NCBI GenBank assembly: GCA_963758495.1
Contig: CAVWVI010000005.1
Coordinates: forward strand, 29,960 to 93,959
Direction of reading: 5' to 3'
DNA length: 64,000 nucleotides
Source of the DNA: Oligoflexia bacterium
Lineage (GTDB): Bacteria > Bdellovibrionota > UBA1018
Part shown: positions 26,682-34,448 of the stretch, piece by piece
How the letters are laid out: the number at the start of each line of letters is the position of its first letter
Position numbering within the stretch: position 1 is the first letter of the stretch
Program-made: the position numbers and the translations under genes
Notes under the pieces: generated by a model
Told to the model about the DNA's origin: nothing
Seen by the model: the letters and a program-made list of their open reading frames with translations, nothing else
Databases searched by the model: none

Positions 26682-28619
26682 ATGGGAGCTTTTAATCAAG
26701 AGTGGCTAGTCACAGATCAGAGGGGCGCTTATGCAATGGGCACCTCTGATGGAATTCGCACTCGTAAGTATCATGGATTTTTCATGGGTGACGCAGGTCG
26801 ATCCCAAAAAGCTTTCCTGGTTGACCTTGATTTTGTATGTGATGGCATTTCACTTTGGCCGCATTGTTACTCGGGTCCGGAAGGGCTCGTGTTTTTTCCT
26901 GACTTGGAGAAATTAGGAATCTCCGTTCATTTTGAGCTCTGTGAGGAAGGTCCTCAGTGGCATTGGATTCTTCCTCACGGAAAACTCAAATTTAGTGTGA
27001 GACCTTCTTATCCGGGTGGCATCCAGTTAAGTTGGTCATGGTCTTCTAAAGAGCATAAAAAAGCACACCTTTGTGTACGTGGTTTTTGGGGAATGCGAGA
27101 TCTGCATTCGCTAGGGGGAGCTTCTTGGAGTTGGAAGCCTCAGGAGACTTCTGTAACTGAGTCTCGAGCCAGAGTTGAGGGAGCGCAAGGTAAGGGCGTA
27201 TACTGTTTGTTGAAGGGTGCTTGGAAGTGGACTGACAGTCCTCAGTGGAATCAAAACTTTCACTATTCGGAAGAACTCCAGCGAGGCTATGCAGCTGATG
27301 AAAATCTTTTCTCTGCGGGTACATTAGAATCAGATCTTAATTCAGATGAAAATGTCGATTGGCTTATTGCAGAAGATGAAAATGATCTGAGTGAAAAAAA
27401 TTTTACTATTAACGGTCCTCGTCCTAAAATTTGCGATTTTGTCGTCACAAGACCTGCAGGAATTATAGCAGGATTTCCTTGGTTTGGAGAATGGGGTAGG
27501 GACACTTTTATTTCCTTACCTGGGATTATAAGTGCCTTTTTAAAGATAAGAAAAGATCCAAAAGAAATCTGGCCATGGGCCCGAGAGCTTTTACATCGAT
27601 GGGGAACCTGGATTGATCGAAATGGAATGTTACCTAACGTCATTGAAAAGGAAGGAGTACTTCAGTGGGAGTCTGCGGATGCAACTCTATGGTGGTGTCA
27701 TTCTTTGGCTGAATTATGGATGTTTTCGCTTTGTGTTCCTTTTCCGGTTGCCGAAATTTCACTTGAATTTAATGGGTTATTGGGGCGAGCCATTGAGTCT
27801 ATTCGAAGTGGACATCATCGGTTTTTAAAAGAATCAGTATCGGGTACTTTAGAAGTGACCGAGCCCCATGTGACTTGGATGGATGCAAAAGTGGATGGAA
27901 TGATCATTTCACCTCGAATAGGCGCGCTGCCGGAAATTAACGCGCTTTGGTTTGAGGCGCGGTGCTTGCAATGGTTATGGTCGGAGGAGGAGGATTTTTC
28001 TGAAATTGAGGAATTAGGAAAAAAGGTTCTTCAGTGTCAGGAAGCAGATCGTCCTAACACTATCTTTTTACATAGTTTACCTTTAGCGCCTTCTTTTGTT
28101 TTGAAGGATTGGGAAAAATTAGAACGAGATTTGATAGATATTGCTGAAAAATTTTGGACTCCTGTAGGTTTAATGACGTTGAGTCGATTCAATCCTCATT
28201 TTCGACCTCGTTGTGTAGGTACTCAAGAACAACGGGATCGATCTTATCATCAAGGACCGGCGTGGGCATGGTTGGGAGGAAATTTTGAAATTGCTCGACA
28301 TCGATTAGTTACGTGTGTTCCAGATTCTACCTGCTTTAATCATTCTCAATTTGATAAAATGTTCACTCTTCAAACACTTGAGGAAATGCCCGTGAAAGAT
28401 CACATTCCAGAACTCTTTGATTCAGAGCCCCCATTTACTCCACGAGGAGCTCCCGCCCAGGCGTGGAGTCTCGCCTGTTTAGAAGAGGCGAAGGCAAGGC
28501 GGCGGATGAGAGTGGATTCAAAAATAAGTAAAATATTAGCGCAGCGCTGGTTAGGTCGGAGTGAGCGAAAACTAAAAGGAAGACGGACTAAATCCATGAT
28601 TGAGACCCTAGACAAATGA
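26682..28619 (+). CDS. glycogen debranching enzyme family protein (GDE_N + amylo-alpha-1,6-glucosidase GDE_C)
   Basis: 645 aa. FPWFGEWGRDTFISLPGI and HQGPAWAWLGG are characteristic of archaeal/bacterial GDE_C-family enzymes. Confidence 0.6.
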   Translation: MGAFNQEWLVTDQRGAYAMGTSDGIRTRKYHGFFMGDAGRSQKAFLVDLDFVCDGISLWPHCYSGPEGLVFFPDLEKLGISVHFELCEEGPQWHWILPHGKLKFSVRPSYPGGIQLSWSWSSKEHKKAHLCVRGFWGMRDLHSLGGASWSWKPQETSVTESRARVEGAQGKGVYCLLKGAWKWTDSPQWNQNFHYSEELQRGYAADENLFSAGTLESDLNSDENVDWLIAEDENDLSEKNFTINGPRPKICDFVVTRPAGIIAGFPWFGEWGRDTFISLPGIISAFLKIRKDPKEIWPWARELLHRWGTWIDRNGMLPNVIEKEGVLQWESADATLWWCHSLAELWMFSLCVPFPVAEISLEFNGLLGRAIESIRSGHHRFLKESVSGTLEVTEPHVTWMDAKVDGMIISPRIGALPEINALWFEARCLQWLWSEEEDFSEIEELGKKVLQCQEADRPNTIFLHSLPLAPSFVLKDWEKLERDLIDIAEKFWTPVGLMTLSRFNPHFRPRCVGTQEQRDRSYHQGPAWAWLGGNFEIARHRLVTCVPDSTCFNHSQFDKMFTLQTLEEMPVKDHIPELFDSEPPFTPRGAPAQAWSLACLEEAKARRRMRVDSKISKILAQRWLGRSERKLKGRRTKSMIETLDK

Positions 28620-30073
28620 GGTCAGTACGTCAGGTTCGTGTTTTAATGTTAGGTTGGGAGTATCCACCCAGATTTGTTGGCGGTATGGGGAAAGCTTGTC
28701 AGGGGTTATCTCAAGCCATGGCGAAGCTCGGAGCTCACTTATTTTTTGTTTTACCTACTTTTCCAGAGAGAGTTTCAGAACAGCACTTAGAAGTCATTGG
28801 AGCTGAGGAGTGCTTAGAGGAAGCAGGCTGGATCCCTGAGGTGGGCTTTGCTTCTCAAGTTACGAATGCAGCTCCTCAATTAAAAAAAACATCGGGTATC
28901 ACTCTTAAATCGGTTGATGCACAAATTTATCCTTATGGTGCTCACCCCCAGGATCCCCTTTCAGAAAATTTAAGACAAGTGATTGAGAGGATGTCTACCT
29001 CTGATTTTTTTAAAAAACCAGATAGAAAAAATAGAGTTACTTCTAAAATAATTCCAAAAGTTCAGAGAACGATAAAAAATATAATGGAAGAGTGCCCTTC
29101 TCGTTCTTCATCCGAGATTTATGGAAAAAATCTCTGGTCAGAGATTGAGCGGTATTGTTTTGCCGTGCGACATTTGGCGGATGCTCATGAAGTTGACTTA
29201 GTTCATGCGCATGACTGGATGACTTTTCCTGCTGCATTCGAATTTCAACGGGTGACTGGAGTTCCTGTTTATCTGCATGTCCATGCCACGGAATATGATC
29301 GAAGTGGGGATAATCTCAATCACGAAGTTTTTAGAATAGAAAGAGAAGGATTTCGAAGAGCAAATCATATTTTTGCAGTCAGTCGATATACTGCAGGGAT
29401 CATTGAGCGACTTTATGGCGTGCATCGAAAAAAAATAAGTGTGGTCTACAATGCACCCGAAGAAGGAATTAAATCTTTATTATCCATCGCCGAATCTGAT
29501 CGTCGATTCGATGTGGTGTTTTTAGGAAGATTAACTTTCCAAAAGGGACCCGATCATTTTTTGAAGGCAGCAGCCTTAGTGAGTCAGGCGAATTCAACTG
29601 CTCGATTTGTCCTCTGTGGAACTGGGGATATGCTTGATAAATTAAGAGCTCAAGCCTTCAAATTGGGTATTGAAGATCGGGTTCATTTTGCAGGTTTTGT
29701 TGAACCTGCTGGTGTTGATGAAATATTACAACATTCAAAAGTTCTAGTGATGCCTAGTGTTTCTGAACCTTTCGGTTTAGTTGCGTTAGAAGCGATTCAT
29801 TGTGGAATACCCGTAATCCTTTCGAAACAATCAGGAGTGAGGGAGGTCCTTCAACGTGCGTTACAAGTAGACTTTTGGGATCATGAGAGATTAGCTGATC
29901 AAATTCTGGCAGCCCTTCGGTTGGAAGGTCTTTCTAAACAACTTGTTTCCGAGGGGATGGATCAATTGAGATTGCTCAGTTGGGAAAAGTCTGCTGGAAA
30001 GGTGATGGAAGTCTATCGAAAACATCTAGGAAGTATTTATGCACAGGCGATAGGAGGAATACATGGCCATTGA
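28616..30073 (+). CDS. glycosyltransferase family 4/5-like alpha-glucan (glycogen) synthase
   Basis: 485 aa. N-terminal GWEYPPRFVGGMGKA. C-terminal retaining-GT motif EPFGLVALEAIHCGIPVI. Overlaps the upstream gene by 4 bp. Confidence 0.6.
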   Translation: MRSVRQVRVLMLGWEYPPRFVGGMGKACQGLSQAMAKLGAHLFFVLPTFPERVSEQHLEVIGAEECLEEAGWIPEVGFASQVTNAAPQLKKTSGITLKSVDAQIYPYGAHPQDPLSENLRQVIERMSTSDFFKKPDRKNRVTSKIIPKVQRTIKNIMEECPSRSSSEIYGKNLWSEIERYCFAVRHLADAHEVDLVHAHDWMTFPAAFEFQRVTGVPVYLHVHATEYDRSGDNLNHEVFRIEREGFRRANHIFAVSRYTAGIIERLYGVHRKKISVVYNAPEEGIKSLLSIAESDRRFDVVFLGRLTFQKGPDHFLKAAALVSQANSTARFVLCGTGDMLDKLRAQAFKLGIEDRVHFAGFVEPAGVDEILQHSKVLVMPSVSEPFGLVALEAIHCGIPVILSKQSGVREVLQRALQVDFWDHERLADQILAALRLEGLSKQLVSEGMDQLRLLSWEKSAGKVMEVYRKHLGSIYAQAIGGIHGH

Positions 30074-31325
30074 TATTTGTATGTATTTTCAAGTTCACCA
30101 GCCTTGGCGATTGAGACCTTATCGATACTTGGAGGTTGGAAAAAATCATCAATATTTTGATGAAGAGAAAAATTCTGCAATATTAAGGAAAGTAGCGGAT
30201 AAATGCTACCTTCCCATGAATAATCTCCTTTTCGAATTAATTACAGAATATAAAGGTGACTTTAAGGTTTCATTTTCAATTACAGGTACTGCCATTGAAC
30301 AAATGGAAGCTTACGCACCGGACGTCATCGCTTCATTTAAGAGACTTTTTAATACGGGCTGTGCTGAGTTATTATCTGAAACTTCTCATCATTCCTTAGC
30401 GGCCTTGTATAGCCCTGAGGAATTCAAACAGCAAGTGGAACGTCATCGAGAGATCATGAGTCGACACCTCATCCACCCTGTTTCAGTATTTAGAAATACG
30501 GAGCTTATTACAAGCAATGGAATTGCGAAGTTAGTTTCTGATATGGGATATAAATCAATTCTTATGGAAGGTGCTGATCATATTTTAAGATGGAGAAGTC
30601 CGTTATTTAAATATCATATGGCTGAAGCGCCTCATCTCGTTGCGCTTATGAAAAATTATCGACTGAGTGATGATATTGCTTTTCGTTTTTCAGATCGGGG
30701 TTGGGCACAATGGCCTTTAACTTCCGAGAAATTCACGGAATGGGTAAAGTTAATTGAACTTGAAAATCCAGTCTCCTCTCGAGGGGGGGTTCCATTTTTA
30801 GGGTTATTTATGGATTATGAAACCTTTGGAGAACATCAATGGGAAAATACAGGGATTTTTGATTTTATGCGTGCAATGCCTGGAAAACTACTCCAATCGG
30901 AAGGAGTTCGTTTTATTATGCCATCCGAGGCTACTGCTTTGGCAAGGAATGATGAAGCGATCCATTCTTTTTTGATTGATGCTCCGGATCCTTTTTCGTG
31001 GGCTGATGTGGAGAGAGATCTTTCTGCATGGCAAGGAAATTCAATTCAAGACTCAGCATTTAGAATGGTTTACGCACTTGAAGATGCAGTTCGCCGAAAG
31101 GCAGCGCAAGAGGATGGCGAAGCAGCTGAAGAGCTTCTGGAGACTTGGCGTCGTCTTCAAACGAGCGACCATTTCTACTATATGTGTACAAAATATTTTG
31201 CAGATGGAGATGTGCATAAGTATTTTAATCCCTATGAATCTCCTTACGATGCGCATATCATTTATATGAATGTGATTGCAGATCTAGCATTGAGATGTGG
31301 AGTTGAAGAACAAAGTATTGCCTAA
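30063..31325 (+). CDS. glycoside hydrolase family 57 protein
   Basis: 420 aa. N-terminal ICMYFQVHQPWRL is the GH57 hallmark (HQP motif). Overlaps the GT gene by 11 bp. Confidence 0.6.
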   Translation: MAIDICMYFQVHQPWRLRPYRYLEVGKNHQYFDEEKNSAILRKVADKCYLPMNNLLFELITEYKGDFKVSFSITGTAIEQMEAYAPDVIASFKRLFNTGCAELLSETSHHSLAALYSPEEFKQQVERHREIMSRHLIHPVSVFRNTELITSNGIAKLVSDMGYKSILMEGADHILRWRSPLFKYHMAEAPHLVALMKNYRLSDDIAFRFSDRGWAQWPLTSEKFTEWVKLIELENPVSSRGGVPFLGLFMDYETFGEHQWENTGIFDFMRAMPGKLLQSEGVRFIMPSEATALARNDEAIHSFLIDAPDPFSWADVERDLSAWQGNSIQDSAFRMVYALEDAVRRKAAQEDGEAAEELLETWRRLQTSDHFYYMCTKYFADGDVHKYFNPYESPYDAHIIYMNVIADLALRCGVEEQSIA

Positions 31326-31347
31326 CTATATGAAGGGGTAAAAATAA

Positions 31348-33291
31348 ATGGGATGGGAACAAAGACCCTCTTCTGAAGTTCAGATGGGGAATGGAACCCT
31401 TCTTGCGACTTTTGATTCTGCAGGTGAAATCGAACAGCTTTTCGCACCCCATATTGATGCGCTTCAATCTCGTGTTGGAGCGTTTCACACTTCAGTAGTG
31501 ATTCCTGGTAATCTAGACTCATCTCCTACAAATCCAACAATTATACCCGTCAATGCTGAAATTTTTGATATTCGGATGAGCCTTCGAACAGGTTCTCAGA
31601 TACTTCAAGTGGAATATCAACATAAGTCCAGGCCTCTTCGGATGGTACGAAAAATTGGATTGCATCCATTGGAACCATTGCTTTTGGATCAATGGAAAAT
31701 AGAAGAAGAAAAGGGTGGGCTTCTTCATCAGTCCATTCCTTGGATGGGAAACAGTACTTCAGCTCATTGTTCAATGTATCATCCCACTTTTAATGGAATC
31801 GTCCATCATCGAGGTAGGCGATGGTTAGGGATTGTTGCACGAGGCCAAACTCAATGGGAGAGAGTGGGGCATTTATCTGATTCAGATCGCTATCGCCTTT
31901 GGGCAGGAGAGCGAATTTCAGTTCCATTGGGGGAGCATGATCTTGCAGGGTTTCCAGCGGGCCCTGTACTTCGAGGTTGGAATCAGATCGTGCAAGGCTG
32001 TGCTACCTGGGGGGCTCTTGCGGTTGGTCCTGCGGTTGAAATTGAGTTTATAGTCATCTGTGCAGAGAGTGAAGTGCATTTAGGCCGCTTGATTACTCAA
32101 GTCGAACATCTTCCAACGCGGCGATATTTTCAAATCATTGATGGAGCGGTGGAGCGACGTTATACACCGGCAATAGATCTACTCAATAAAATACAAAACC
32201 CTCAGGTCAGACACCTCTGTGAAAGATCAATTGATGTTTTGCATGCTCTTCAAGATAGCACGAGCGGTGCCCTGATGGCTGCGGCTGAAGTGGATCCTCA
32301 TTCCCGAATGTCCGGCGGTTATGGTTATAGTTGGCCAAGAGACGGTGCCTATCTCGCTGCAGCTCTTGAGGCGTTTGGATATCGAGAAAGGGTAGAACAT
32401 TATTTTCGATTTTTAGCAGACACTCAAGATCGCTCAGGGACTTGGTGGCAACGGTATCTTTCGACTGGGCATGCCGGTCCGAGCTGGGGAAGAATTCAAA
32501 TTGATGAACCCGCTACAGTTTTGGCGACAGCCTATTTGCATTTTCGTCGGACAAAGGATCATCTTTGGTTAGAGAATTTCTGGCCCACTTTGCAAAACGG
32601 TCTCTCATTTTTAGAGAGTTTTCATTCAAATGAAAACTCCATGGGGCATCCTTCTCATGATCTTTGGGAAGAGCGAATGGGTATTCATGCTTATTCTTTA
32701 GCGGCGGTGTCAGCTGCATTTTTGACAGGGGCGTCTTTGGCAGGAGAGCTGATGGAATTTAAGGCTCAGGAGAAATACCGTGAGCTAGGTGAGCGGGTTC
32801 GAGGAATTATTATGGATCGATTTGTATCTCCTGAAGGCCCCATCTATCGATCTTTTATTTCAAACTATTGGGATCAAGCCGTTGATGTTTCTATGTTGGG
32901 TTTAATTCGACCTTTCGGAATTTTAAAAAAAGGGAGCCCTGCTGCCCGAAGAATTTTAGAGTCAGTTCGGTCAAAGCTTTGGTGTCACCCTACAGGTGGC
33001 ATATTCAGATATGAGGGAGATTGTTATCGAGGAGGAAACCCTTGGTTGTTGACTACGCTCTGGCTTGCAGGTGTTGAACTGACTTTAGGGAATATTGATG
33101 AAGCTCGAGAAGGATTTCGCTGGGCGGTTTCAAAAGCAACTCCTTTAGGGATGTTTCCCGAACAAGTTCACCGAGAAAGTGGAAAGCCCTTTTGGGTAAT
33201 ACCCTTAGGCTGGTCTCATGCCATGTTTCTTTTGTTTGTAAGAGATGTCATTGAGCTTAAGTTGGAAAATCAGATTTGGGATGTACTCTAA
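31348..33291 (+). CDS. glycoside hydrolase family 15 (glucoamylase/glucodextranase-like)
   Basis: 647 aa. GYSWPRDGAY is a GH15 catalytic-region signature. (alpha/alpha)6-barrel-type sequence follows. Confidence 0.6.
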   Translation: MGWEQRPSSEVQMGNGTLLATFDSAGEIEQLFAPHIDALQSRVGAFHTSVVIPGNLDSSPTNPTIIPVNAEIFDIRMSLRTGSQILQVEYQHKSRPLRMVRKIGLHPLEPLLLDQWKIEEEKGGLLHQSIPWMGNSTSAHCSMYHPTFNGIVHHRGRRWLGIVARGQTQWERVGHLSDSDRYRLWAGERISVPLGEHDLAGFPAGPVLRGWNQIVQGCATWGALAVGPAVEIEFIVICAESEVHLGRLITQVEHLPTRRYFQIIDGAVERRYTPAIDLLNKIQNPQVRHLCERSIDVLHALQDSTSGALMAAAEVDPHSRMSGGYGYSWPRDGAYLAAALEAFGYRERVEHYFRFLADTQDRSGTWWQRYLSTGHAGPSWGRIQIDEPATVLATAYLHFRRTKDHLWLENFWPTLQNGLSFLESFHSNENSMGHPSHDLWEERMGIHAYSLAAVSAAFLTGASLAGELMEFKAQEKYRELGERVRGIIMDRFVSPEGPIYRSFISNYWDQAVDVSMLGLIRPFGILKKGSPAARRILESVRSKLWCHPTGGIFRYEGDCYRGGNPWLLTTLWLAGVELTLGNIDEAREGFRWAVSKATPLGMFPEQVHRESGKPFWVIPLGWSHAMFLLFVRDVIELKLENQIWDVL

Positions 33292-33331
33292 CAAGCTGGT
33301 ATTATGATAAAAGGTGCAGTATGCATAGCCT

Positions 33332-34342
33332 ATGAATCCCCAATCACTCCGACGTATTCAAGAAGAATGCCTTCCTTTAATTGAATTAAAATTAATGGAA
33401 TTTTTTGACCAAAAGGTGACTCAAAAAATTTCTTGGAATGCAGAGATGAGTCGTTATCATTTTTTAACAGGAGGAAAGCGACTCAGAGCTCTCATTCCTT
33501 GTTGGGTGTACGCAGCTTACGGAAAAGATCCATTGGATGCCATCCCTTTGGGATGTGCTCTTGAATTGATTCATAATGCTACTTTGGTCCATGACGACCT
33601 TCAAGATCGAGATTCTGTTCGACGTGGAAAACCTACTGTATGGATGAAATACTCTGAACCACAAGCAATTAACTGTGGAGACGCTCTTTTTCAATTTGCC
33701 TTTCAATTGCTTTTTGAACTGAAGGTAAATCCAGAAAATTTTCGTCGTATCATTCAGAGAATGGTTCATGGGACTTTACATGTAATTGAAGGTCAGGCTC
33801 AAGAGTTTCTCATGAAAGATGAAGCTTATCCTGATCTAGATCGTTATTTTGGAGTGGTGCGTGGGAAGACGGCATGGTTGATTTCGACTGCGGTGGTGGC
33901 CTCATTAGAAGCATTAGGGCTGAATTCGAATTTGTGTAACACAATCGAAAAAGCTGCATTAAAATCCGGTATTTTATTTCAAATTCAAGATGATCTTCTT
34001 GATGTGTATGGAGATAAACAAAGGGAAAGTAAAGCAACTGATATTGCTGAGGGAAAAATCAGTGCATTAGTGGCCTACTTCAATCAAGTGGCTTCTTCCT
34101 CAGAAAAAAGTCAGGTTGCCCAAATTCTGAGTGCTCCACGAAAAGCCACTACTCAAGCGCAGATAGCGGATGTATTGACGATGTTTAATAAATATCAAAT
34201 TTTAGATCATCTTTTAGAGAAAATAAGAGAATTTCAAAGTTCAGTAGAAAATGACCCAACGATTGCTCAATATCAAGAAAGTCATCAACTCTTAATTCAA
34301 CTGAATCGTTTATTTTTGGAGCCTATTGAGCATCTTCTCTAA
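33332..34342 (+). CDS. polyprenyl diphosphate synthase (trans-isoprenyl diphosphate synthase)
   Basis: 336 aa. First Asp-rich motif LVHDDLQDRD, second IQDDLLDVYGD. Confidence 0.75.
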   Translation: MNPQSLRRIQEECLPLIELKLMEFFDQKVTQKISWNAEMSRYHFLTGGKRLRALIPCWVYAAYGKDPLDAIPLGCALELIHNATLVHDDLQDRDSVRRGKPTVWMKYSEPQAINCGDALFQFAFQLLFELKVNPENFRRIIQRMVHGTLHVIEGQAQEFLMKDEAYPDLDRYFGVVRGKTAWLISTAVVASLEALGLNSNLCNTIEKAALKSGILFQIQDDLLDVYGDKQRESKATDIAEGKISALVAYFNQVASSSEKSQVAQILSAPRKATTQAQIADVLTMFNKYQILDHLLEKIREFQSSVENDPTIAQYQESHQLLIQLNRLFLEPIEHLL

Positions 34343-34448
34343 CGCCTGAAAGCGGAGTCATTATTTTGACATTTTGCTTTGGCTTTTTCAGTAATGCAGA
34401 AATTTTTGATTCATTTACAATGCAGAGAGTGGGTATAAAGGGGGGGAT

